A stretch of 63,324 nucleotides of DNA, filler included, from Octopus bimaculoides (GCF_001194135.2; 6 parts of 5 records of this genome joined end to end with filler, not necessarily neighbours in it), one strand, 5' to 3'. Counted from the first letter of the whole stretch, positions 37,340 through 51,599 are shown. Made by a program: numbers and translations. The notes: generated from the letters alone by a model not told the origin.

Positions 37340-38345
37340 TACACACTTGCAGACACTGACACACTGACACACACACATACACCCACACACACATGTATAC
37401 ATACATACGCATAGGCCGTTCATGTATAACCATGCATTTATGGTACAAACTTATTCATACCATGCAATATTGTGCAATGCATATATACAAACACACACAT
37501 ATATATATATACGTATATATATATATATATATATATATATATNNNNNNNNNNNNNNNNNNNNNNNNNNNNNNNNNNNNNNNNNNNNNNNNNNNNNNNNNN
37601 NNNNNNNNNNNNNNNNNNNNNNNNNNNNNNNNNNNNNNNNNNNNNNNNNNNNNNNNNNNNNNNNNNNNNNNNNNNNNNNNNNNNNNNNNNNNNNNNNNNN
37701 NNNNNNNNNNNNNNNNNNNNNNNNNNNNNNNNNNNNNNNNNNNNNNNNNNNNNNNNNNNNNNNNNNNNNNNNNNNNNNNNNNNNNNNNNNNNNNNNNNNN
37801 NNNNNNNNNNNNNNNNNNNNNNNNNNNNNNNNNNNNNNNNNNNNNNNNNNNNNNNNNNNNNNNNNNNNNNNNNNNNNNNNNNNNNNNNNNNNNNNNNNNN
37901 NNNNNNNNNNNNNNNNNNNNNNNNNNNNNNNNNNNNNNNNNNNNNATATATATATATATATATATAAAATTAAAAAATGAATGAGCGAATAAAAAAGAAA
38001 AAGACAAAAAGCGAAGGAGTAAAATGAAAGGAGAATTGGGATGGGGGATGAAAAATTAAGAGAGTAGGATGAAGAAGTAATACGAACATGGAATGAAGGA
38101 TTGACGAACTGGAATGGATGAATAAAGGAATAATGTGAAAATATGAAAGTAAAAGAACACATATGTACTAATAATATATCTGGAGATTAATATATATGGC
38201 GGAGATAGAGGTGGGTGCTTTGGCGGGGAAGATCGGGGAATGGAGTCCATTTTGGTGAATGCATCCATTAGAGAGAGAAAAATGGTGGTCAATGGGGAAA
38301 AGCGGGAAAGCGATGACGTCGTGGTGATGTTAGTGGGGGAGTAAG

Positions 38346-38401
<56 letters not shown>

Positions 38402-38670
38402 ACAAATACACACAAATACGTAACGCGTATATACGTACATGTATACAACCATTCATACGTACGTATATACACAGACATACAGAAAAACCATACGGGTTGT
38501 GTGCACGGTTTTCTATTTCTGCGATTGGTCATTTCGGAATTCCTGCTGTCTGTGGAGACTTAGAGTGGCTTAAGAATTTATGGCAGTGGAAAATATGTTC
38601 CTGGCTCTGAAATACTGAAGCTGGACTTTATATTGACACATCCGGGAGTCTGAATCCTATAGGAATGTAT

Positions 38671-38710
<40 letters not shown>

Positions 38711-38799
38711 CATACATATGCACTAAGATATAATGTATACACACATGTATGTATGTGTGTATGTATATATATATAGGTTAATATGTGTGAGTGTGTATG

Positions 38800-38869
<70 letters not shown>

Positions 38870-38870
38870 A

Positions 38871-38924
<54 letters not shown>

Positions 38925-39257
38925 TTATATACATGCACACACGTATGTGTGTGTGTTTGTATGTATGTATGTATGTATGTATGTGTGTACATGACTTTCT
39001 AAGTTATAGCGAAATGTTGCAGATGAGAGACGAAAACAAGAGATTTCATCATACTTTCAGTCCTTGGTTAACACACACACCCACAGATACAACCGCATGC
39101 ACATATGCACATACACACATTTACACAATTATGCACACGCACACATATACATGTAATGGCTTCAAGTTTGCACAAGGCTAGCATTTTCGGGGGTAGGGGG
39201 GATGGCAAGTCAATTACATCGACACTAGTGTTTAACTGATACCTACTGTATCTACGT

Positions 39258-39508
39258 GGAGGCGCGCGGCTTAGTGGTTAGAGCATTCAGCTAACAATTG
39301 TAAGGTTGTGAGTTCAATTCCAAGTGACGTTTTGTGTCCTTGAGCAAGACATTTTATTTCACGTTGCTGCAGTCCACTCAGCTGGCAAAAATGAGTTGTA
39401 CCTGTATTTCAAAGGACCGGCCTTGTCACTTTCTGTGTCATGCTGAATCTCCTCCCTGAGAACTACGTTAAAGGTACACGTATCTGTGGAGTGCTCAGCC
39501 ACTTGCAC
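39258..39508 (+). mobile_element. tRNA-derived SINE (family C, long body), cut by a gap
   Basis: ggaggcgcgcggcttagtggttag head and gttcaattcc B box; related copies at about 26335-26672 (+), 12165-12515 (-) and 40130-40405 (-). Confidence 0.8.
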
Positions 39509-41003
39509 NNNNNNNNNNNNNNNNNNNNNNNNNNNNNNNNNNNNNNNNNNNNNNNNNNNNNNNNNNNNNNNNNNNNNNNNNNNNNNNNNNNNNNNNNNNN
39601 NNNNNNNNNNNNNNNNNNNNNNNNNNNNNNNNNNNNNNNNNNNNNNNNNNNNNNNNNNNNNNNNNNNNNNNNNNNNNNNNNNNNNNNNNNNNNNNNNNNN
39701 NNNNNNNNNNNNNNNNNNNNNNNNNNNNNNNNNNNNNNNNNNNNNNNNNNNNNNNNNNNNNNNNNNNNNNNNNNNNNNNNNNNNNNNNNNNNNNNNNNNN
39801 NNNNNNNNTATATATATATGATGGCTGTATGTTTGTGTGTATTTCTCCCTGATATGCATCTATTATTCATCTCTGACTTGATGTCAAAAGCAGCAGTATA
39901 TTCATTCTAACCACAGACATTGCTGTAAAAGTTTCCATGAATTCTTGTTTTCTGCTTTTCTAATGGGAGAATTGTGGTTTGTGTATCGTTGTTTGAACTT
40001 ACCTTTCACCATTCCTACATAGAGATTACATACATTGTTAATATTTCAACACTGCAGGGCACATAGGCTGGTATTTGTGATGTGCAGCTAACATCGGTTA
40101 ATTTTCCTGGTTTTCATGTTACCATAGATTTTTTTTATATTGTTATTATGGCTATAACTTGTATTAATCCACATTACTCTGTAAGAAGCATGGGGCTGGT
40201 TCTCCGGTTTCTCTGGCTTATATATTCCTCCCTGGACGAAACGCCGGTCCTTTGCATGATTACTCATTTTTACCAGCTGAGTGGACAGGAGCAACGTGAA
40301 ATGAAGTGTCTATATTCCCAAATGCAACGTATTGCCCAGTCCAGGGATCGAGAGAACAATCTTACGATTATGAGTCCAAAGCCCGAATCACTAAGCCATG
40401 CGCCTCTGCAACGAATATAAATTACTTTGACATTATTCTTACCAAATCATTTCCTGTTTCGATAGTAGATTACGATTAGTTAAATTTTAGAGAGCATTTA
40501 GCAACATTAGGGTTACCATCTCGGGAAAAATGGCATGAGTCAGTTATTGATAATTGAAGGTGTCTTTTACTTAATAGCAAGGAATTCTTAGTTTTGGTTA
40601 ATGTTCTTCTTTATGACGATCTTAGAAGCACTAAGTTCTTTTTCGTGAAAATATTTAGTTTTATATAAAAATTTGACTTACTTTCAATTTGTGCTTTAAA
40701 ATTTGATCTCGAAGCACATATAAAGCAATAAATAATAGCATGGAAATATTGGGTTGGTAAACGCTTTTCTACATAAAAAGACGAAGGCTGTCCGTAGGAC
40801 AAGAAATCACAACTCCAGTATACATGACAGGCATTCTACCATTGTACCAAAAACAACCTTCCGAAATAGTCTTTCCATTTCAAAAAACTTCATTCTCACC
40901 AGCGACAATTGTATGTCTTCGACGTAATACGAATTTATTAACATTCGAGAGAACGTTGAGCAATTCCTTTTGGAACTAGATCTCGAAGTAGATAAAAGGC
41001 TAT

Positions 41004-41034
<31 letters not shown>

Positions 41035-41204
41035 NNNNNNNNNNNNNNNNNNNNNNNNNNNNNNNNNNNNNNNNNNNNTTAATTAATTAANNNNNNNNNN
41101 NNNNNNNNNNNNNNNNNNNNNNNNNNNNNNNNNNTATATATATACACATATATATACATACATATATGTACATATATATCCACTCATACGCACACACATA
41201 TAGT

Positions 41205-41395
41205 CAATTAAAAAAACACAGAGAAAAAAGAAAGAAGAAATGATCGATGGGACGTGGTACAAACAATGTATTAAGACGCAGGGAGAAAGAAAAGAGTAGT
41301 AGTTTTACGTTTCGAGCATAACTCCTCTTCTGAAACAGTAAAGTCAGAGGCAGAGGAGTTTGAAGAGAGTGTGAGAGGGTGAGTATAGATATGTG
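41205..41395 (-). mobile_element. Penelope-type terminal repeat fragment containing a hammerhead-like motif
   Basis: Minus strand gtttCAGAAGAGGAGTTATGCTCGAAACGTAaaac followed by a pyrimidine-rich tail. Confidence 0.45.
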
Positions 41396-41937
41396 AATGG
41401 GTGGTTTTGTGTATGTGTGTGTGTGTATGTGTTGGGATGTGTGAGTAGACGGAGTGGCAATAGGTATATCTGTGTGTGCACATGTGTATGGTTCCGTGTA
41501 TGTGTGTGTGTCTCTCTCTGTCACTCTCTCTCACACTCTCTCTCGCTCTACATACAATTGTGTGTGTCCGTGTGTTCGTGGGGGTCTCCCTCTGTGCATG
41601 TGAGTGTGTGTGGAAGTGCATGTACGTGCGTGTGTATATGTATGCATGTGTGTGCGTTGTGTGTGTGTGTTGTATGTGTGGAGGATTGTGTGTGTGAAGG
41701 TATACGTGGGTTCATGTGTGTGTGCGTGTGACATATACACTGCGTTACAAATTATTAACGACGTAACATTTACCCTTTTTCCTCTTTTACGCGGCCATGC
41801 TGGAGCACCGCTTTTAGTCGAGCAAATCGACCCCAGGACCGCTAAGTTACGGGGACGGGAACACACCAGCATCGGTTGTCAAGCGATGTTGGGGACAAAC
41901 ACAGACACACAAACACACACACACACACACACACACA

Positions 41938-41974
<37 letters not shown>

Positions 41975-42199
41975 TTACATATATACGACGGGCTTCTTTC
42001 AGTTTCCGTCTACCAAATCCACTCACAAGGATTTGGTCGGCCCGAGGCTATAGTAGAAGACATTTACCCAAGTTGTCACGCAGTGGGACTGAACCCGGAA
42101 CCATGCGGTTGGTAAGCAAGCTACTTACCACACAGCCACTCGTTTATTTAAAGCCTGCTCGTTAGAATTCAACGAAATTTCCAGAGAATAATGGCAAAA

Positions 42200-43400
42200 G
42201 TTATATGTGCATGGTGTGTAATAAACGTGAGATTTTGCACAAGTATAAACAAGCCACTGTCATTTGCATGATTTCTGCAGACTTTCATTGTTCCAAACTT
42301 TTCACGATTGGTCTGATAATCGTGTAATCATGGGAAATAAGTGTGACTTAACTGCTTCAGAAAATCTGTTATTACTTCTGAACTTGCAAGAGGTAAATTA
42401 GCATAAGAAATATCTGAAATAATTGGAAGATATCACCAAGTAGTGAAAAAATTGTTACAGCTCCTACGAAGTTATTTAAGAGTGCCGACAAGGGTCGATC
42501 GAGAGCTGTTTCTTAACGTTTTCTGTCATGAATTTAGCCTGAAACTGTAAAGAAGCCAGGTTTTACGAGTGGAGAACTTTTCAGGCGCATTGGCGAAATA
42601 ACTGTGTCCAGAATTACCAGATGTCAACTTCTGAAAAAGGTCGGTAAACCAGTGACAGTTAAAAGGCCTTCTTTTAACAAAATACACATACAAAATCATC
42701 TTAAATGGGCAGAAAATGACAAGAAGGTCGACTTTTCAAAAGTTTTGTTTACGGGCGAAATCGTGCTACCCTTGATGGTAGAGCAAAGGACTGGAGACGC
42801 CAGCAGAGGGGAGGAACATCATGATTTGGGTAGGTATTATTGAAGGCATTATGGTTGGTCCTTAGAAAGTGCCTAATGGTGTTAAAATGACTGCTGATGA
42901 TTACCTGGCCTTTCTGAGGGAGCACCTTCAATCTTGATTAAAAAAGCAAAGCATCACCTTCAAGACAACCATAATATTCATGCAAGATAATGCGCCCTCG
43001 CACTCAGCGGAGAAAACTAATGAGTATCTGCAACAATTGGGCTTTTGTGGACATCGGAAACTGAAACGGCCTGCTTGCTAAACCCAATGGAAGACCAACT
43101 TAAAACTCAATGGAAATCTTGTGGAGCATTCTAAAGTGACGAATTAACGAGAATAGACGCCAATTTAGGAACAAGGGCGAAATGTGGTAGGCAATAGTGA
43201 ATGTATCCTGTGGCATATCATCAGAGGAGATTCAGAAATTAGCATGGTCCATTTTATTTCAAACAAACGCTCATATTTACCTTACTAAGCTGCTCACCTA
43301 TCCTTTTTGAACGCTGTTTTTTGTTTATTTCTATTTCTTCCATGATTATGATTGTATGTGTTCATTTCAGTATGTAAATCACACAATTAAATTGGTATTT
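42200..43400 (+). pseudogene. Decayed Tc1-family transposon
   Basis: ATG at 42330 (MGNKCDLTASE); motifs KVLFTGE, FMQDNAPSHS and NPME/ILWSIL across stops and frameshifts. Confidence 0.85.
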
Positions 43401-43472
43401 TCCTGTTTACATGAGTTTTAATTACACTTCGCTAGTAATTTGAAACCGTGAAAGTTTACGTAAATTTTCTAA

Positions 43473-44335
43473 ATGGCCATAGTTTCTGTGTTGTTTTATA
43501 GAACCTCTCATGGGCACAAGCACAACATCACGTCAAACTTTGAAGGCGATGCGTTTGCAATCCAGGATCAGGAGATTGTCACAAAGTACCTGGTGAATAA
43601 AAGAGACAGTGACGTAATCTCAAGGTGCAACTGCATGTGTAGGCTATACCATGTTTCTGTGGAAGACATTACGCATGTGATTAACAACTGTCCTAAAATG
43701 TCACGGTACTACCTCCCTATGCGGAACGATGTTGTTGCTAAAACAATTTACAAAAAGATTGTCCTGAAATAAACTTAGAAAATCTCTCAGTTATGGAATA
43801 CATTCATAAACACCAACTCAAGGAATGCTGGTGGAATATTCCCATAAAACTTCTGTGAAATGTAAATATAATAGCCGGATATTGTTGTTTGGGACAGAGG
43901 GGCAAAGGTATGTACTATCATAGAGGTAAGTCGCCCTACATATATAAATATCTCCTTGAAAATCAAAGAAAAAGAGGATATCTATGGACAACTGCTTCGA
44001 AACCTTCAGCTCCTATATCCATACTATGAATTCATATTCAGACCAGTAATAATTGGAGCACAAGGTTTTGTTAGTAAATGCTTCAAGTAGAATCTGGATA
44101 AACTGGGATTTTCAGAAAGAGAAACTGACCGGCTGATTCGTACATTACAAGTCCAATCTGTGAGTGAAACAATAAAAGTATGCAAGACTTTTCGCAAGTT
44201 CCTAATGTGAATTTGTCTGTGTTAAATATATTACAAAGATGGAGCCTTGTATCTTTGTTGGAAAGCGGCTTCCTCCTCAGTGGAAGATTTATAATAATTA
44301 AAAAATAGAAGAGACATACATACATACATACATAC
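43473..44335 (+). mobile_element. 5'-truncated RLE-type non-LTR retrotransposon (Dong/R4/NeSL-like) with (TACA)n tail
   Basis: AFAIQDQEI, CRL...VEDITHVINNCP zinc knuckle, PDIVVWD...IIEVS endonuclease motif, ending FRKFLM*; tail at 44316-44335. Confidence 0.82.
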
Positions 44336-45214
44336 GTCCCATTTTGTATTTTTTATATATAAAACATATAGCGGCATACGTACACTTTGGTTTCTTATAT
44401 GTAAGTATATATTTATCTAAATCTTGTACGACTCTAGTCTTTCTATTCTTTTATTCTTTCCTTCTTTCTATCAGCCCTTTCACGTTTACTTCGTTCATTC
44501 CACTCTTCGTTCTTTCGTTCCCCTCTCTCACATTTCCTTGCCTTCTCTTCATGCTCACTTTCCCTCCTCTTTTCACTTCACTGTGTTCCTGTCATTTTTT
44601 CTCGCCTCTCCTTATTTCTTCTGTCCCTCTGCCTCTACCTCTCTCTCTTCTCTCCCCACGTGATAGGTGTTCGGCCAAGACTGACCTTTCTTTCTGGTTC
44701 GGCCGCCGTGCGTGCAACATCTATATTCCTCCCTGTGTCTGTGAAATCTTGTATCTCTGCCGTAAGGCTTTACTTCCACACACGCCAGCTTAATTTAATT
44801 CGTCCTTAGTCGAAAGACACCTGTTGTTATGTCCTGTTATTTGTATTTGTGTAACATTCTCCGTTTTTTTGTCCTTATTTTCGTATACATTTGCTCCTTT
44901 CTTCCAAGGAATCTAATGCTCTTAGCTTAGTTTTTCCTTGGGGCTGGCCAGTTTGGAGCAATCTCGAGTATAACCAGCCGAAATTGCAAAGATAATCTGG
45001 AACTCGGCTAAGGAAAGAAAACTCCGAATGACCCGTCCTTGTTTTCTTTGTATCGTCTATCTGGACGTCTTGTTGTCCCTTTCTTGTATCACCTAACTGT
45101 CTGGATGTTTTGCGTTCTTGTCCCATTTTGTATTTTTTATATATAAAAAATATAGCGGCGAACGTGCACTTTAGTCTCTTATATATACATACATACATAC
45201 ATACATACATACGT

Positions 45215-45985
45215 ACATGCGTAAGACTTGGAAGGCAGCTCCTCGTGTTGCATTCCTTGTCTGATAACCTGAAATACATGACCAAACAAGTAGCACGACT
45301 CTGCTGCAACGTATTATCAAATAAAAGGATGAGCGTACATGAGCAGAAGACCATGCATGGATATTTTAATAGAAATCTCAGAGATGATAGTATCATTTAT
45401 CGTCAAAGCAGTCTCTCATGGACCAACAACCAGATTACTACTTCCTACTGTGAAGGTTATGCGTTTGCAATCCAAGAACAGGAAATATCAATAAATACCT
45501 GATGCACAAAAGGGGCGGAGATGCAAGAAAGCAGTAAAATATGACAACCGAGATATCACCCACATCATAAACAGTTGTCCGAAAATGTCATCACGGTATT
45601 ATTTACCGATTAGACATGATGTAGCTAAGACACTGTATAACGAAATCCATCAAAAGATAACCCCGAGGACAAAAAAATACTAACCCACAATATGGTGGAA
45701 GCCATAGCTACACTTATTAAAAAGGAGTACTTGTGGAATGTCCCAGTGAAAATTTCAATAAAATGTAAACACAATAGACCTGGACTGAAAATCCAAGTCA
45801 TCACTGGAATTGTAAAAAATCTGTAAAACTTTGCAGAAGTTTATCATTTAAGTATATAAGAGCATGTCTAGATATGCAGGTATATGCATGAGAAGACATA
45901 CATAAAACAAAGCATACAAATCTGCATACATACATACATACATACATACATACATACATACATACATACATACATACGTACATAC
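45215..45985 (+). mobile_element. Second RLE-type LINE fragment of the same family
   Basis: GYAFAIQEQEI and DITHIINSCPKMSSRYYLPIRHDVAK; flanked by (TACA)n on both sides. Confidence 0.78.
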
Positions 45986-46158
45986 AAAAGTACCCTATTG
46001 TTGATGTTGAAATTCCAATGAAAGAGTCTTAGTTCTAGGTTAGAAACCAGCTCTTTTTTTAGGCAAGAAATCTTGATACAAAACTAAATAATGACATACG
46101 TGCATACATATAGATAGACATATAAATATAGTTATAGAGATTTATAGATATAGATCTA

Positions 46159-46210
<52 letters not shown>

Positions 46211-48070
46211 TACATACATATANNNNNNNNNNNNNNNNNNNNNNNNNNNNNNNNNNNNNNNNNNNNNNNNNNNNNNNNNNNNNNNNNNNNNNNNNNNNNN
46301 NNNNNNNNNNNNNNNNNNNNNNNNNNNNNNNNNNNNNNNNNNNNNNNNNNNNNNNNNNNNNNNNNNNNNNNNNNNNNNNNNNNNNNNNNNNNNNNNNNNN
46401 NNNNNNNNNNNNNNNNNNNNNNNNNNNNNNNNNTATATATATATATATATATATGTATATATAATATCAAACAATAATAACACAGGAGACTCTCATGTTT
46501 CCAGGGAGTGGAAATAAAAGAACTAGAAATATGTAAAGGATAAAAACAGATACTAATCCAGTTTAGAGTATGTTTTAAGCAAAACTTCACTGTTTATGTC
46601 TACAAGTCTGCACTGTTTATGTCTGACAAAATAACGATCATGGCATGAACCGAAAGAAGAAAAAATGTTGTTGACTTGAGTTTATTCCCGATCGTTCAAG
46701 TCCTAAGAACACCTAATACAAATTGACACTCCCACATTTTGGACTGTGAATGATTTAATGTATTGTGTGGCAAATAGTATTAATCATCAGACATGAGGAC
46801 TAACAGAGATTGATCGAAATGATAAAACACGATCAAAATGTGTCACCTCCCTCTTCAAAAGAACATCGACAAAATTAGAGAAATATCAAACAATTGGATA
46901 CTTTCTTTAGATGTAAAGTGACTACTGAATTTATGAACGACTAGATGCAGCTTTACGATAAGCTATCCAAAATCTACAAAAACTACAATCGAGAACCAAG
47001 CTAATTATTTTTAAACATGATCTATGAGGGATAATTCAACTGCTTTATCGTGAGAAATTACAAAGCTAGTACCCTGCCAAATGTAAGTTTGTATTAAAGT
47101 CATAAACTGTATATAGAAGCATGAAAGCGTTATGCCATCAAAAGTGTAAATATTACTTCTTAGGATAATATGGAGTCGTTCTGGGACTGAATCAGGAATG
47201 TAAAGAAGTAGTGCACCCAAGGTACAGTATGGATAAATGAGCAACTGTGACAATACGTGTGCAACAAGAAAGTTCTTGTTCAACCAGTTCAAATTAACAA
47301 CGCACGCTCAAATCAATGTTCCCGATTGGCTGGCAACTGAACAAATAGAGCACGTGACCAACAATCACATGACTTAGCAAAATACTCTAAGCTCATACAC
47401 GCACTCATACATACTACACATAAATATAAGAGTATTATATGCGCATGTGTGCGTGTGTGTATGTCTATATGTATGTATGTATGTATGTATGTATGCACGT
47501 ACGTAAACATACTGCACAAGCTTTATGAGTATATCGCTGGATTACATAATGGCAAGCTTTTCTTTTCTCAAATTATGTCATTGGAGTTGGCAAATATACT
47601 TGAAAAGATCCCAAAGTCTTGCTCAACAGTCCTTGCACTTAAGACCTTAGGTGAAAGTTATTGTTTCCAATGTTAGGAGCAATTTAAAGACACCAAACCA
47701 ATAAGAAGCTGTATTTGTTCTTCTGCTTATCTTTGCCTTAAATCCACTGTCACTTCTTTTCTAAAAAAATCAGTAGTTCTGTTAAATGATATACAGTTCC
47801 GAGATTCATTAAGATAATACACAATTCCTGGCGAGACAACCTTATATTTTGCACAAGAAATATTAATACACCCAACAGAGACAGCTGGATGGATACATTG
47901 TAACAATTCCTCTATCAGCTGATAGAGGGATGGAATTTTATTATTTTTAAAAGTTGAACACAGATAAAATGTTTCCCAAATTCAAAACCTATACAGTCAT
48001 GGTCACACATTTATACATATACACATATACACAAGCATAGCAATGAGCCTGTGTGTATGTGTGTGTGTGT

Positions 48071-48119
<49 letters not shown>

Positions 48120-51100
48120 TGTGCGCGCGTGTGAGAGAGAAAATAGCACCAACTTCTATCTTAACATTTCGTTCATTGTGTTATGTAGAATGTACAGTGT
48201 TCGTAAATACACAGTCCTTCCCCCACAACATACGCACACATACACACACACACTCATAAACTCGATTTTTGTCTCCCTCGCGCGCACACACGCGCACACA
48301 CACACGCGCACACACACACGCATACACAGTCATATCCTCTTTTGTAATGTTTCTGTTTGTCAGGAAATGGTAAATAGAACAACAACCAAAAGTTAAATAC
48401 ATATATATATATAGAAAAAAGCAAAAGTAACAGACCGTTGGAATAGTATGTAACAAATAACGAATATAACGAAACAAAAACAATTAAGTAATAAAGAAAT
48501 TAATACGAAAAACAAGAAAATAACGAATTGCACGGGAATTTGTAAAGGAAATGTGTTGTGAGGTGCACCTCTGTGCATATCTGTGTATCGAAACGAAACC
48601 GGAAACAACGTGAAAAGAATGTAAAAATGTTAGAAACGAACAGACAAACAAACACAGGCGCACGCGCATATACACATACACACGTAGAAATGTTGATAAA
48701 GATACATGTGTTATGGAACAACAAAGTAAAAGAAAAAAAACAAGCACATCAATGACTCTTCTTTACCCCTCACCAGGGTAGATAATTTACCATCGTTAAT
48801 TATCTTTGCAAAGTCTGTAGGATCATGCGAAATTCTAATTGATTCCTGAAATAGCAATGAGTAACGGGAAATATAGAGGAATATTTTTATGTTTTGAAGT
48901 TAAAAATAAACATAGAGAGATGAATCGTTTAGGCTTAATGTTGTTGCTTTTGCGCTCTCCCAGTTGCAAATCTTTTTTATCCCCTTTATGAATTAGATAA
49001 TTTGGTGAGACAGCAGACTTGATGTGCTTTATGGTGCCGATATTGATGAAAGGTCTGTCAGATATAATCCTTAGATCTGTGATGTAACCTGATTATTTGT
49101 AACAGCGTGGAGTCAACTGCGGACAACGAATGACCGAGCGGGAGGATTGCACCTGACAACAGTTTTAGTGTACCATCAGTTGGTAAGACCAAAACCTCGG
49201 ATAGCCTTCTACACAACTTCCGTCAAAGTTTGCTGACGCAGACTTGTTGACCCCAGGCTATAGTAGAAAACACTCACCCGAAGTGCAGCGGTGAAGAGTC
49301 GAGTAAGAAACCAAATAGCTGTGAAATGAAATTCTTAACCTTACAACTTACAATACCTCCATACTTTACCCACACTGATATACTTACAAACTCTCACCGC
49401 ACCATAGCTTAACCATACAGACTATTCCGGTCCTGTAAAATTTTCCTGTAAAGCAAAGTATTGTTTTTCATGAGAAAATTCCTGCAAGTATTTTAAGGAT
49501 CATAGCTAGATCGGCATCCCGATGTGGACTAAGATATAACAGATTAAATAACCGCCAGGTACTTATCTGCGGCTCATTTTCAGTGAACTTCGAAGGATGT
49601 AAAGTCAGCCACAGAAAATATATGGACTTACTATAACGCAGAAAGACATTTAATCCAGTATAGAAAAATGGGAATTAATAATTTCCTACATTGACTCATG
49701 ATGTGGATGGGTCAATCAACCCCAGTACATAACTGGTAGTTATTTTATAGAAACTCTACGGCGAGATTTAAGCTCATATTGTAAAGAGACGTAAGTTAAT
49801 ACTAGAAGGCATTTAATCAGTCTTTTATCATTTCTGGCATTCTACCCATCGTTGGTGATTCCCACTTTGGTTATTTTTAATGTTTTCCAAACTCTGACCG
49901 GATGAAAAGACGATTCTACTGGAATTTGAACTCAGAAACAAAATACTATAGAAAAAAACGACAAAATTAAACACCATAGATATCTCGTCAATCGTTCTTT
50001 TGTATCTAATAACTTTATGAAACAGCAAATTAACAAAAGTGTGTTCGAAAAACCGCCGAGGTCAACTCTGTTTTTCCCCCTTGCAGTATCAATAAATAGA
50101 AAAGGTGTTCAGTCTCAGGGGTTGACTCTTTTTTTTTCTCTCTCTCTCTCTCTCTCTCTTTCTTTCTCTCTCTTTCACTCTCTCTCTTTCTCACTCTCCC
50201 TCACTCTTTTTTTACTGTGTGTATGTGTGTGCGTGCGTGTGGGTGGGTGTCTTTCATTATGTATGTCTTTCTCTCCAGTTCTGTCTCATTGTTGAAGAAA
50301 CAGGTTGGGGTCACAAAGACGTGGGCTCCGACATGTCTTAAAACGTACAAAACACGGCGTATGTCAGGAGTTGAGAGGCAAAGACAAGGCGATCTTTAAC
50401 CAGTTACTTTAGACTATTTGTTAATGATAAGGTACTTCGTTATTCAGTATGGTACCTTCTAGCCTACAGACAAATATGAGGTACTGACAGAACCAATGAA
50501 ACGAGGGAAAAGTAATTTCTTGTGTATATTTAAATTCCATTAAATTGTGCATTCAAATCCCATTTGGTCGATTCTCACTTTTATCTCACTGACAGGGAAA
50601 ACTGAGAACAAATTATGTGGTTGAATTGATCGGCTATACACCATCCCACCTTCTTCATTAACTAAAATTGACCTGTTCCGTTATCATAAACAATATTCAA
50701 GTTATACAAGTTGGGTGAATACTAGAGGACAAAACGTCTTGTGGTATGTTATTAATTTCCTTTTCACTCTGATTTCAAAACTTGATGAGATCGACTTTAC
50801 TTTTTATCCTTCCAGGATCGTTAAAATAGATATACAAGTGTCTTCTGAATTAGTTCTAACCATCTTTTGACGAATTCTTAGTTCTGTGTGAATGCCACAT
50901 ATAATTATTCTAAAACTGATCTTTCTAAAAGTTTACATTGGTCAGATCTATGATTAAAGGCGTTCCAGCAATTACGATCACGTTATTTTCTACGAGACTA
51001 GACTTGATTGCTATTTTTAATGGGTCAAAAGACTAAATAGAGCCTGTCTCGTTCGTTTTACGCCGTGAATTTTGTACATTTAAATGTACATTCTTTATGT

Positions 51101-51599
51101 TTCCTAAAATATAATAATTATGGTACTTAAAGTTCAGTTTTATTGTATGTTGGAATGTGAGGATGTTGGGATGTTTATGACATTTTGTAAAGTATTATTA
51201 TTTCTAGACGACAAAGGGACCGAGAAAAGAATCGAAAAATACATGGGGTCTTAACAAGAATTTATGAATTGACTATTATATGCCAAAAAATTGCCTCTTC
51301 GCCACCATTTCTTTCCATCTTTATGACCAACGCAGGGCGTTCGTAAATCCAGATCTATAGGGGCTTGAATTCCTTATCTTACACATCAATGAACTCTCAC
51401 TTTCAAGGAGTTTTATGAAAGCAAGGTTGCTGATTTCGACAATGCAAATTCGCGTTATAGACCGTGTCTATAACGAGAATTTGCTGTCAAATCTGCCTGG
51501 CTATAGACTCAATTATCCCTTATCACTTCGCTCTGCGGCATGTGCAGAAGGCGTTTCAGGTAAACATTATAAAAACTCTTGTGTACCCCAGGAATCCGT

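Noticed and set aside
40681-40770. Hydrophobic ORF MLLFIALYVLRDQILKHKLK ending at a gtaagt donor, a possible FAAH N-terminal anchor exon
   Set aside because: AT-rich chance sequence is equally likely; no intervening exons 2-4a were found.
47520-47950. Semi-open reading frames on both strands
   Set aside because: Multiple stops, no recognisable motif and no splice signals.
48772-48848. 72-bp phase-0 exon-like segment (ESIRISHDPTDFAKIINDGKLSTL) of the size expected for the missing exon 4a
   Set aside because: No convincing match to the GxDSTxG...DS motif, and two placeholder gaps separate it from the gene.
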